Below, piece after piece: positions 30,001 to 42,528 of a DNA stretch of 64,000 nucleotides. Position 1 is the stretch's first letter, and every line of letters begins with the position of its first letter. Position numbers and translations under genes: made by a program. The DNA lies in the NCBI GenBank assembly GCA_964016885.1, contig OZ024752.1, positions 20,398,001 to 20,462,000 on the forward strand, read 5' to 3'. This DNA is from Eledone cirrhosa. Its lineage: Eukaryota. A model generated the notes under the pieces. That model was given only the letters and a program-made list of their open reading frames with translations. It was not told where the DNA came from and made no database searches.

Positions 30001-33000
30001 GCCCAATTTGCATATCGAGTGGGTTAATCGGCCGGGTGCACCGAAAACGATAAACGGAAAAAATGAACCGATATTTCATTTCCCACTCTTAGTACGGCTA
30101 TTACTTAAATATAAGTATGTACACGTACATGCATATATGTATACCGACGTACAGTAGTATGTATATATATATATATACATACATGCACACATGTATATAT
30201 GCACGTATGGATTCACCGAATATTTATTATAATGCTCGGTGTGTTTGTAAACAAACATCCCGTATTAAGCCGTAGTGTCTAGCAACCACCGTTGCTCGTT
30301 TGTTCAACGCTGACAAAGGAACGCTGTACTAGTTTCAAGCTTGTTAGCTATCGTCAGCAACGTATACCTTGCTGCCAGATTGTTGAACGTATATACTTAC
30401 CGTATGCATATTAACGGCTGAGTAACCCAATTTACATATCGAGTGGGTTAATCGGCCGGGTGCACCGAAAACGATAAACGGAAAAAATGAAACGATATTT
30501 CATTTCCCACTCTTAGTACGGCTGTTACTTAAATATAAGTATGTACACGTACATACATATATGTATACCGACGTACAGTAGTATGTACATATATATATAT
30601 ACATACATGCACACATATATATATGCACGTATGGATTCACCGAATATTTATTATAATGCTCGGTGTGTTTGTAAACAAACATCCTGTATTAAGCCGTAGT
30701 GTCTAGCAACCACCGTTGCTCGTTTGTTCAACGCTGACAAAGGAACGCTGTACTAGTTTCAAGCTTGTTAGCTATCGTCAGCAACGTATACCTTCCTGCC
30801 AGATTGTTGAACGTATATACTTACCTTATGCATATTAACGGCTGAGTAGCCCAATTTGCATATCGAGTGGGTTAATCGGCCGGGTGCACCGAAAACGATA
30901 AACGGAAAAAATGAAACGATATTTCATTTCCCACTCTTAGTACGGCTGTTACTTAAATATAAGTATGTACACGTACATACATATATGTATACCGACGTAC
31001 AGTAGTATGTACATATATATATATACATACATGCACACATATATATATATGCACGTATGGATTCACCGAATATTTATTATAATGCTCGGTGTGTTTGTAA
31101 ACAAACATCCCGTATTAAGCCGTAGTGTCTAGCAACCACCGTTGCTCGTTTGTTCAACACTGACAAAGGAACGCTGTACTAGTTTCAAGCTTGTTAGCTA
31201 TCGTCAGCAACGTATACCTTCCTGCCAGATTGTTGAACGTATATACTTACCGCATGCATATTAACGGCTGAGTAGCCCAATTTGCATATCGAGTGGGTTA
31301 ATCGGCCGGGTGCACCGAAAACGATAAACGGAAAAAATGAAACGATATTTCATTTCCCACTCTTAGTACGGCTGTTACTTAAATATAAGTATGTACACGT
31401 ACATACATATATGTATACCGACGTACAGTAGTATGTATATATATATATACATACATGCACACATATATATATGCACGTATGGATTCACCGAATATTTATT
31501 ATAATGCTCGGTGTGTTTGTAAACAAACATCCCGTATTAAGCCGTAGTGTCTAGCAACCACCGTTGCTCGTTTGTTCAACACTGACAAAGGAACGCTGTA
31601 CTAGTTTCAGGATTGTTAGCTATCGTCAGCAACGTATACCTTCCTGCCAGATTGTTGAACGTATATACTTACCTTCTGCATATTAACGGCTGAGTAGCCC
31701 AATTTGCATATCGAGTGGGTTAATCGGCCGGGTACACCGAAAACGATAAAAGGAAAAAATGAAACGATATTTCATTTCCCACTCTTAGTACGGCTGTTAC
31801 TTAAATATAAGAATGTACACGTACATACATATATGTATACCGACGTACAGTAGTATGTATATATATATATATATATACATACATGCACACATATATATAT
31901 GCACGTATGGATTCACCGAATATTTATTATAATGCTCGAGTGGGTTAATCGGCCGGGTGCACCGAAAACGATAAACGGAAAAAATGAAACGAAATTTCAT
32001 ATCCCACTCTTGGTACGGCTGTTACTTAAATATAAGTATGTACACGTACATACATATATGTATACCGACGTACAGTAGTATGTATATATATATATATACA
32101 TACATGCACACATATAGATATGCACGTATGGATTCACCGAATTTTTTATTATAATGCTCGGTGTGTTTGTAAACAAACATCCCGTATTAAGCCGTAGTGT
32201 CTAGCAACCACCGTTGCTCGTTTGTTCAACACTGACAAAGGAACGCTGTCCTAGTTTTAAGCTTGTTAGCTATCGACAGCAACGTATACCTTCCTGCCAG
32301 ATTGTTGCACGTATATACTTACCTTTTGCATATTAACGGCTGAGTAGCCCAATTTGCATATCGAGTGGGTTAATCGGCCGGGTGCACCGAAAACGATAAA
32401 CGGAAAAAATGAACCGATATTTCATTTCCCACTCTTAGTACGGCTATTACTTAAATATAAGTATGTACACGTACATGCATATATGTATACCGACGTACAG
32501 TAGTATGTATATATATATATATACATACATGCACACATGTATATATGCACGTATGGATTCACCGAATATTTATTATAATGCTCGGTGTGTTTGTAAACAA
32601 ACATCCCGTATTAAGCCGTAGTGTCTAGCAACCACCGTTGCTCGTTTGTTCAACGCTGACAAAGGAACGCTGTACTAGTTTCAAGCTTGTTAGCTATCGT
32701 CAGCAACGTATACCTTGCTGCCAGATTGTTGAACGTATATACTTACCGTATGCATATTAACGGCTGAGTAACCCAATTTACATATCGAGTGGGTTAATCG
32801 GCCGGGTGCACCGAAAACGATAAACGGAAAAAATGAAACGATATTTCATTTCCCACTCTTAGTACGGCTGTTACTTAAATATAAGTATGTACACGTACAT
32901 ACATATATGTATACCGACGTACAGTAGTATGTACATATATATATATACATACATGCACACATATATATATGCACGTATGGATTCACCGAATATTTATTAT

Positions 33001-36000
33001 AATGCTCGGTGTGTTTGTAAACAAACATCCTGTATTAAGCCGTAGTGTCTAGCAACCACTGTTGCTCGTTTGTTCAACGCTGACAAAGGAACGCTGTACT
33101 AGTTTCAAGCTTGTTAGCTATCGTCAGCAACGTATACCTTCCTGCCAGATTGTTGAACGTATATACTTACCTTATGCATATTAACGGCTGAGTAGCCCAA
33201 TTTGCATATCGAGTGGGTTAATCGGCCGGGTGCACCGAAAACGATAAACGGAAAAAATGAAACGATATTTCATTTCCCACTCTTAGTACGGCTGTTACTT
33301 AAATATAAGTATGTACACGTACATACATATATGTATACCGACGTACAGTAGTATGTACATATATATATATACATACATGCACACATATATATATATGCAC
33401 GTATGGATTCACCGAATATTTATTATAATGCTCGGTGTGTTTGTAAACAAACATCCCGTATTAAGCCGTAGTGTCTAGCAACCACCGTTGCTCGTTTGTT
33501 CAATGCTGACAAAGGAACGCTGTACTAGTTTCAAGCTTGTTAGCTATCGTCAGCAACGTATACCTTGCTGCCAGATTGTTGAACGTATATACTTACCGTA
33601 TGCATATTAACGGCTGAGTAACCCAATTTACATATCGAGTGGGTTAATCGGCCGGGTGCACCGAAAACGATAAACGGAAAAAATGAAACGATATTTCATT
33701 TCCCACTCTTAGTACGGCTGTTACTTAAATATAAGTATGTACACGTACATACATATATGTATACCGACGTACAGTAGTATGTATATATATATATACATAC
33801 ATGCACACATATATATATGCACGTATGGATTCACCGAATTTTTATTATAATGCTCGGTGTGTTTGTAAACAAACATCCCGTATAAAGCCGTAGTGTCTAG
33901 CAACCACCGTTGCTCGTTTGTTCAACACTGACAAAGGAACGCTGTACTAGTTTCAAGCTTGTTAGCTATCGTCAGCAACGTATACCTTCCTGCCAGATTG
34001 TTGAACGTATATACTTACCTTTTGCATATTAACGGCTGAGTAGCCCAATTTGCATATCGAGTGGGTTAATCGGCCGGGTGCACCGAAAACGATAAACGGA
34101 AAAAATGAACCGATATTTCATTTCCCACTCTTAGTACGGCTGTTACTTAAATATAAGTATGTACACGTACATGCATATATGTATACCGACGTACAGTAGT
34201 ATGTATATATATATATATACATACATGCACACATGTATATATGCACGTATGGATTCACCGAATATTTATTATAATGCTCGGTGTGTTTGTAAACAAACAT
34301 CCCGTATTAAGCCGTAGTGTCTAGCAACCACCGTTGCTCGTTTGTTCAACACTGACAAAGGAACGCTGTACTAGTTTCAAGCTTGTTAGCTATCGTCAGC
34401 AACGTATACCTTCCTGCCAGATTGTTGAACGTATATACTTACCTTATGCATATTAACTGCTGAGCAGCCCAATTTGCATATCGAGTGGGTTAATCGGCCG
34501 GGTGCACCGAAAACGATAAACGGAAAAAATGAAACGAAATTTCATTTCCCACTCTTGGTACGGATGTTACTTAAATACAAGTATGTACACGCACATACAT
34601 ATATGTATACAGACGTACAGTAGTATGTATATATATATACATACATGCACACATATATATATGTACGTATGGATTCACCGAACATTTATTATAATGCTCG
34701 GTGTGTTTGTAAACAAACATCCCGTATTAAGCCGTAGTGTCTAGCAACCACCGTTGCTCGTATGTTCAACACTGACAAAGGAACGCTGTACTAGTTTCAA
34801 GATTGTTAGCTATCGTCAGCAACGTATACCTTCCTGCCAGATTGTTGAACGTATATACTTACCTTATGCATATTAACAGTTGAGTAGCCCAATTTGCATA
34901 TCAAGTGGGTTAATCGGCCGGGTGCACCGAAAACGATAAACGGAAAAAATGAAACGATATTTCATTTCCCACTCTTAGTACGGCTGTTACTTAAATATAA
35001 GTATGTACACGTACATACATATATGTATACCGACGTACAATAGTATGTATATATACACATACATGCACAAATATATATATGCACGTATGGATTCACCGAA
35101 TATTTATTATAATGCTCGAGTGGGTTAATCGGCCGGGTGCACCGAATACGAAAAACGGAAAAAATGAAACGAAATTTAATTTCCCACTCTTGGTACGGCT
35201 GTTACTTAAATACAAGTATATACACGCACATACATATATGTATACAGACGTACAGTAGTATGTATATATATATACATACATGCACACATATATATATGTA
35301 CGTATGGATTCACCGAACATTTATTATAATGCTCGGTGTGTTTGTAAACAAACATCCCGTATTAAGCCGTAGTGTCTAGCAACCACCGTTGCACGTTTGT
35401 TCAACACTGACAAAGGAACGCTGTACTAGTTTCAAGCTTGTTAGCTATCGTCAGCAACGTATACCTTTCTGCCAGATTGTTGAACGTATATACTTACCTT
35501 ATGCATATTAATGACTGAGTAGCCCAATTTGCATATCGAGTGGGTTAATCGGCCGGGTGCACCGAAAACCATAAACGGAAAAAATGAAACGATATTTCAT
35601 TTCCCACTGTTAGTACGGCTGTTACTTAAATATAAGTATGTACACGTACATACATATATGTATACCGACGTACAGTAGTATGTATATATATATATACATA
35701 CATGCACACATATATATATGCACGTATGGATTCACCGAATATTTATTATAATGCTCGGTGTGTTTGTAAACAAACATCCCGTATTAAGCCGTAGTGTCTA
35801 GCAACCACCGTTGCTCGTTTGTTCAACACTGACAAAGGAACGCTGTACTAGTTTCAGGATTGTTAGCTATCGTCAGCAACGTATACCTTCCTGCCAGATT
35901 GTTGAACGTATATACTTACCTTCTGCATATTAACGGCTGAGTAGCCCAATTTGCATATCGAGTGGGTTAATCAGCCGGGTGCACCGAAAACGATAAACGG

Positions 36001-37936
36001 AAAAAATGAAACGATATTTCATTTCCCACTCTTAGTACGGCTGTTACTTAAATATAAGTATGTACACGTACATACATATATGTATACCGACGTACAGTAG
36101 TATGTATATATATATATATATACATACATGCACACATATATATATATATGCAGGTATGGATTCACCGAATATTTATTATAATGCTCGGTGTGTTTATAAA
36201 CAAACATCCCGTATTAAGCCGTAGTGTCTAGCAACCACCGTTGCTCGTTTGTTCAACACTGACAAAGGAACGCTGTACTAGTTTCAAGCTTGTTAGCTAT
36301 CCTCAGCAACGTATACCTTCCTGCCAGATTGTTGAACGTATATACTTACCTTATGCATATTAACGGCTGAGTAGCCCAATTTGCATATCGAGTGGGTTAA
36401 TCGGCCGGGTACACCGAAAACGATAAAAGGAAAAAATGAAACGATATTTCATTTCCCACTCTTAGTACGGCTGTTACTTAAATATAAGAATGTACACGTA
36501 CATACATATATGTATACCGACGTACAGTAGTATGTATATATATATATATATATACATACATGCACACATATATATATGCACGTATGGATTCACCGAATAT
36601 TTATTATAATGCTCGAGTGGGTTAATCGGCCGGGTGCACCGAAAACGATAAACGGAAAAAATGAAACGAAATTTCATATCCCACTCTTGGTACGGCTGTT
36701 ACTTAAATACAAGTATGTACACGCACATACATATATGTATACAGACGTACAGTAGTATGTATATATATATACATACATGCACACATATATATATGTACGT
36801 ATGGATTCACCGAACATTTATTATAATGCTCGGTGTGTTTGTAAACAAACATCCCGTATTAAGCCGTAGTGTCTATCAACCATCGTTGCTCGTTTGTTCA
36901 ACACTGACAAAGGAACGCTGTACTAGTTTCAAGCTTATTAGCTATCGTCAGCAACGTATGCCTTCCTGCCAGATTGTTGAACATATATACTTACCTTATG
37001 CATATTAACGGCTGAGCAGCCCAATTTGCATATCGAGTGGGTTAATCGGCCGGGTGCACCGAAAACGATAAACGGAAAAAATGAAACGAAATTTCATTTC
37101 CCACTCTTGGTACGGCTGTTACTTAAATACAAGTATGTACACGCACATACATATATGTATACAGACGTACAGTAGTATGTATATATATATACATACATGC
37201 ACACATATATATATGTACGTATGGATTCACCGAACATTTATTATAATGCTCGGTGTGTTTGTAAACAAACATCCCGTATTAAGCCGTAGTGTCTAGCAAC
37301 CATCGTTGCTCGTTTGTTCAACACTGACAAAGGAACGCTGTACTAGTTTCAAGCTTATTAGCTATCTTCAGCAACGTATACCTCCTGCCAGATTGTTGAA
37401 CGTATATACTTACCTTATGCATATTAACGGCTGAGTAGCCCAACTTGCATATCGAGTGGGTTAATCGGCCGGGTGCACCGAAAACGATAAACGGAAAAAA
37501 TGAAACGATATTTCATTTCCCACTCTTATTACGGCTGTTATTTAAATATAAGTATGTACACGCACATACATATATGTATACCGACGTACAGTAGTATGTA
37601 TATATATATATACATACATGCACACACATATATATGCACGTATGGATTCACCGAATATTTATTATAATGCTCGGTGTGTTTGTAAACAAACATCCCGTAT
37701 TAAGCCGTAGTGTCTAGCAACCATCGTTGCTCGTTTGTTCAACACTGACAAAGGAACGCTGTACTAGTTTCAAGCTTATTAGCTATCGTCAGCAACGTAT
37801 ACCTTCCTGCCAGATTGTTGAACACATATACTTACCTTATGCATATTAACGGCTGAGCAGCCCAATTTGCATATCGAGCTGGTTAATCGGCCGGGTGCAC
37901 CGAAAACGATAAACGGAAATATATATATATACCGAC
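1..37936. repeat. Tandem satellite DNA array, monomer ~420-428 bp, with internal (TA)n/TACA microsatellite; continues past the left edge of the window
   Basis: The unit CTGAGYAGCCCAATTTGCATATCGAGTGGGTTAATCGGCCGGGTGCACCGAAAACG...TTACCTTATGCATATTAACGG recurs head to tail (starts at 1, 429, ...). Repeated ORF-track hits are spaced 420 apart (1565/1985, 2616/3036). The array ends at AAACGGAAATATATATATATACCGAC. Confidence 0.98.
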
Positions 37937-38014
37937 AATTCATCAAATCGGACTGAGGAAACAATGTTTCCATTGGTCTTTCCAATTGCTAATACTATCT
38001 ATCGGTCGCAACTC

Positions 38015-38130
38015 CAGGTAGAAGGAGCAACGTGAAATAAACTGTCTTGCTCAAGGACATAACGCATCGCCCGCGCCGGGAATTGAACTTACAACCTCAC
38101 GATTGCAAATCCAATTCTCTAACCAGTCAG
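38015..38130 (-). mobile_element. tRNA-derived CORE-type SINE, 5' head fragment
   Basis: Minus strand reads CTGACTGGTTAGAG (box A-like) ... AAGTTCAATTCCC (box B) ... GTCCTTGAGCAAGACAGTTTATTTCACGTTGCTCC (CORE-like). It matches the SINE at 45031. Confidence 0.75.
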
Positions 38131-38298
38131 TTTTTTAATATGGTATCCTTGAAATATGTATAATGAAATAAATATGGTTTTATAAATATAGTTTCCATTT
38201 GTTTACTATCGCATATCTACTCCAAAAACTTGTCGAGTGCTTTATATCGGTTATAAAATATTTACTTGTTGTAACCCAACAATTTTAAATAAAACTTT

Positions 38299-38332
<34 letters not shown>

Positions 38333-38413
38333 GATAAGCAGAACAAGTAAAATTCAATCAATTTTTCAAAATACATTAAAAAATATAATATAAATATTTA
38401 CCTCTTCTAGTGG

Positions 38414-38493
38414 CCCTTACTGATCAGTTTCGCTTTGTAAAACCTCATAAATCCGATGGATTTATGATGGAAAACCAAAGCTCATCAGAGAAG
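38414..38493 (-). ncRNA. Type I hammerhead ribozyme, copy 1
   Basis: Minus strand: CTTCT-CTGATGA-GCTTTG[...TCATAAATCC ATC GGATTTATGA...]CAAAGC-GAAA-CTGATCAG-TA|AGGG. The core is canonical, stem II pairs, stem III is palindromic (ACTGATCAGT) and the cleavage triplet is GUA. Confidence 0.85.
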
Positions 38494-38899
38494 CATTTTC
38501 CCTTCCTAGGGCTAAACGTCCCAGGAACGACAAAATATACAACCTCCTGCCAGCTAATAAAGGTCTGAAAGGTCGTAAAAGTGACCCGTATGTAAACTGG
38601 ACCGAAGTAAAAGCGGGAAAATCAAAGACTTGCTGTCTACAATTACTACTAAAAAAAATAGCAGCCAAGTAAAGCAACAGATTTGTTCTCAACGGACGGA
38701 GAAAAAGGTAGAAGTTAATATGTCCAGGGATACTAGGTACCCCTAGAAATACATAGGTTGTCTATGATTCAAGGTTGTTCAATGGTGTTAATTTGATACA
38801 CCAGAACTTTAATATTAAGATAAGCAGAACAAGTAAAATTCAATCAATTTTTCAAAATACATTAAAAAATATAATATAAATATTTACCTCTTCTAGTGG

Positions 38900-38979
38900 C
38901 CCTTACTGATCAGTTTCGCTTTGTAAAACCTCATAAATCCGATGGATTTATGATGGAAAACCAAAGCTCATCAGAGAAG
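38900..38979 (-). ncRNA. Type I hammerhead ribozyme, copy 2
   Basis: Same as copy 1, offset +486. Confidence 0.85.
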
Positions 38980-39385
38980 CATTTTCCCTTCCTAGGGCTA
39001 AACGTCCCAGGAACGACAAAATATACAACCTCCTGCCAGCTAATAAAGGTCTGAAAGGTCGTAAAAGTGACCCGTATGTAAACTGGACCGAAGTAAAAGC
39101 GGGAAAATCAAAGACTTGCTGTCTACAATTACTACTAAAAAAAATAGCAGCCAAGTAAAGCAACAGATTTGTTCTCAACGGACGGAGAAAAAGGTAGAAG
39201 TTAATATGTCCAGGGATACTAGGTACCCCTAGAAATACATAGGTTGTCTATGATTCAAGGTTGTTCAATGGTGTTAATTTGATACACCAGAACTTTAATA
39301 TTAAGATAAGCAGAACAAGTAAAATTCAATCAATTTTTCAAAATACATTAAAAAATATAATATAAATATTTACCTCTTCTAGTGG

Positions 39386-39465
39386 CCCTTACTGATCAGT
39401 TTCGCTTTGTAAAACCTCATAAATCCGATGGATTTATGATGGAAAACCAAAGCTCATCAGAGAAG
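39386..39465 (-). ncRNA. Type I hammerhead ribozyme, copy 3
   Basis: Same as copy 1, offset +972. Confidence 0.85.
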
Positions 39466-39594
39466 CATTTTCCCTTCCTAGGGCTAAACGTCCCAGGAAC
39501 GACAAAATATACAACCTCCTGCCAGCTAATAAAGGTCTGACAACCTATGTATTTCTAGGGGTACCTAGTATCCCTGGACATATTAACTTCTACC

Positions 39595-39625
<31 letters not shown>

Positions 39626-39641
39626 CAATACAATATAATTA

Positions 39642-39711
39642 CCTCATTACCACAGGTTTCCCGAATGAGGCGAATACGAAAGAAACGTCTTCATTCGTTC
39701 GTCAAACGAGG
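39642..39711 (-). ncRNA. Hammerhead motif of element A pLTR with a C3-to-U core variant
   Basis: Minus strand: CCTCGT-TTGACGA-ACGAATGA...TCATTCGG-GAAA-CCTGTGG-TA|ATGAGG. The core is TTGACGA rather than CTGACGA. Confidence 0.65.
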
Positions 39712-40404
39712 CAATATAAAACATGGGTAAATACTTGGAAAATCTCATCAAGAAAAGCAAAAAAAACAAAAGATATAGACAAATGAATTAGAATATGAAA
39801 TATATAATAATCTTTCAAGAAATATAGTTAGGTGTGTGTATATGTATGTATATACGCTCACAGATGTGCATATATGTGTATGCACATATGTATACGTATA
39901 ATGAAAAAGTGTGCGTAAATATATAATTTAGGGCAAATGTATCTGTGTATCTGTAATCTACAGACAGAATAGATACATCATAAGAATATGAAGGCGCGCG
40001 CATAAACACACCTACACACACGTACACTTATATGCGGAAGTAAAAGAGGTAAGGGAGTGTAATAATTAAAGGAAAGTATCAATCTCGATATATTTATAAA
40101 AATGAAACAATAATTTAGAAAGAAAAAATTAAAGAAAAGAAGTAAAAAAAGGTACATACATACACACACACGTATATCTCACAAAAGAAACGCAAAAATA
40201 TACATGCTTATATACACACGCACACTTACACATCCATACGTTCGATACGTACACACACACACACATACTTACACTCACGCATATTGACCTGTTTGCATGC
40301 ACACGCATAAAAATGAGTAAGTAAAAAAAGGGGGGAGAAGAAAAAAGGAACAAAACATAAAACCTAGATGTAAAAACACGGATATAAAGACACATACACA
40401 TACG

Positions 40405-40535
<131 letters not shown>

Positions 40536-40971
40536 GCACGCGCGCGCACATAGGTAGTCGCTCATGTACATATATAGAAAGTATACACACATTAAGGCGT
40601 TCAGCCACATATTGATACAGGGTGTAAAAAACTTGTGGATAAGTAAGTACAAATATAAAATTGTAAGATTGGCTGCGCAAAAATAAAAAAATAAAAATAA
40701 AAATGAAAAATATATCTGAGGTGGAAAACACAAATGACATGTGTAATCAGTTAGTGAAGGAAATAGGGAAGTAAAAAATTGAAAGTGAAAATATTAGGTA
40801 AGTGAATCGGAGAATAAGGGGGGGGGGGGTTATTGGTGGATGTGAAGTAAAAAAAAAAAATAAAATAAAAAATAAATAAATAAATATAAAAATAAAAATA
40901 AATGAAATTAATGATAAGGATAAAAATGAAAGTAAGTCAGAAAGGGTAATTAAAAAGAGAATAATAAGAGT

Positions 40972-41478
40972 TTATGGAGGATAAGTATCTGAAAGTGTGT
41001 TAAGTTTATATGAGCTGGAAAGCAGGTGTGATTTCATGTGTGGGAAACTGGTGAAAATTTCCGTCTTTGTGTTCAGGCAGGTCTTTGGTGATTTTAGATT
41101 TTGCAATATCCAATATTTTTCATTTATGCAGAGCGTTCATTTTCTTGTTTCTCTAGCATATTCTTTAGATTGGTTCAAAATTGACCAATCTAATTTATAT
41201 TGGAAGCCTTGGTCTTTCAAATCCCAAATTCTGCTAGCCAGAGCTGTTGTAAATCTTTTTTCTGGATGTCGAAAGGATGCGACATGTGAGTAATAACGCG
41301 TTTTGAATTTGTCTTGCGTCATGCCCACATATCGTTCACTGGTGGCTGGATGGTTGTTGCTGATGGTTGTCACTTTAGCCGCATATACAATGGCTTTGGT
41401 GTTGCATTTACCTTGTAATGGGCATTCACTTTTGATTCTACAGGAGCAAGTTTGATTTTCTCTAGGTGATATTTTGTT
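40972..41478 (-). pseudogene. Naiad-type PLE C-terminal GIY-YIG endonuclease fragment with in-frame TGA
   Basis: Manual translation: KISPRENQTCSCRIKSECPLQGKCNTKAIVYAAKV...RYVGMTQDKFKTRYYSHVASF...TTALASRIWDLK...YARETRK(TGA)TLCINEKYWIL...CLNTKTEIFTSFPH...YPP(TAA). It is colinear with the 49875-50484 ORF. Confidence 0.9.
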
Positions 41479-41542
41479 TTTTTTTGTTTTTTTTTGCTTT
41501 TCTTGATGAGACTTTCCAAGTATTTACCCATGTTTTATATTG

Positions 41543-41612
41543 CCTCGTCTGACGAACGAATGAAGACGTTTCTTTCGTATTCGCCTCATTCGAGAAACCT
41601 CTGGTAATGAGG
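41543..41612 (+). ncRNA. Type I hammerhead ribozyme in the inverted pLTR of element A
   Basis: CCTCGT-CTGACGA-A-CGAATGA...TCATTCG-A-GAAA-CCTCTGG-TA|ATGAGG. Stem I is CCTCGT/ATGAGG, stem II is CGAATGA/TCATTCG, and cleavage is predicted after 41606. Confidence 0.8.
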
Positions 41613-41740
41613 GAATTATATTGGATTGATTTTTATACATTAAATTTTGCTCTGATACTTACATAGAGCACTCTTCACTTCTATGACCTTTTCTGTTTTC
41701 AACGGAAATTTCAATACACATATATATATATATATATATA

Positions 41741-41934
41741 TAACAAAGGAAATGTGATAAGGAACCAGGTGGACCATAACGCACCAAAGTACTCAATACT
41801 TAGGGTAGTAGAGTGGGTAATAGGAACGAGTAGGACCCCGACGGCTGAGCTCAAGCCGTTTCGACGGCTAATTCTGGACAGTCCAGAATTAGCCGTCGAA
41901 ACGGCTTGAGCTCAGCCGTCGGGTCCTACTCGTT

Positions 41935-41939
<5 letters not shown>
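41741..41939 (-). mobile_element. Short pLTR remnant of a further Penelope-like family, ending in a 120-bp fold-back palindrome
   Basis: Lies between two (TA)n tracts. 41820-41879 and 41881-41939 are reverse complements (one indel). Each arm carries GAAA-CGGCT-TGAGCTC-AGCCG-TC|GGG, the 3' half of a hammerhead. Confidence 0.7.
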
Positions 41940-42132
<193 letters not shown>

Positions 42133-42528
42133 TCATCATCATCATCATCATCATCGTTTAACGTCCATATTCCACGCTTGCATGGGTTTGGACGGGAGTT
42201 TTCCCACTTGAGGCAAGAGTGGTTGTCTTGCTCGCATAGGACTGTCTGGCGGGTTTTCTACAGCTGGATGCCCTTCCTAACACCAACCACATTTACAGTG
42301 TGGGACTGGGAGGTTTTTACCTTGTTACCTACACGGCCACATTACAGCGTGGACTGTGTGTTTTTTTTTTGTCGTGACACCTACACGACCTCATTTGTTT
42401 TGGCCTGGATATTGTGGCACCAACATAACTTTACATTGAAAGGGGCGTTGTGGATGGGGTAGGGGTGGTGGGACGGTGGTGTATTTTGTTAGAGGAGCCT
42501 ACTGACTGTAGTAGGTTTTACTTTGTAT

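Larger units (their letters stand above)
38329..39595 (-). mobile_element. Non-coding 486-bp tandem element (~2.5 copies plus a ~56-bp inverted end) inserted in (TA)n; retrozyme-like or non-autonomous Penelope-like
   Basis: Apparently identical copies with period 486 (38401/38887/39373). 39539-39595 is the reverse complement of ~38706-38762. (TA)n lies on both sides and each copy carries a hammerhead. Confidence 0.85.

Noticed and set aside
37953-37975. CTGAGGA cores at ~37953 and ~51139
   Set aside because: There is no downstream GAAA or stem arrangement.
925-37985. Dozens of 60-122 aa ORFs in the satellite
   Set aside because: These are translations of the repeat whose frame depends on (TA)n length, with no coding constraint.
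38462-39178. Duplicated 76-aa minus-strand ORF in the 486-bp unit
   Set aside because: It has a non-ATG start, no recognisable domain and overlaps the ribozyme core.
39930-39982. SECIS-like ATGA hairpin on the minus strand of the element A UTR
   Set aside because: It lacks the apical AA and a properly placed 3' GA, so it is not supportable by eye.
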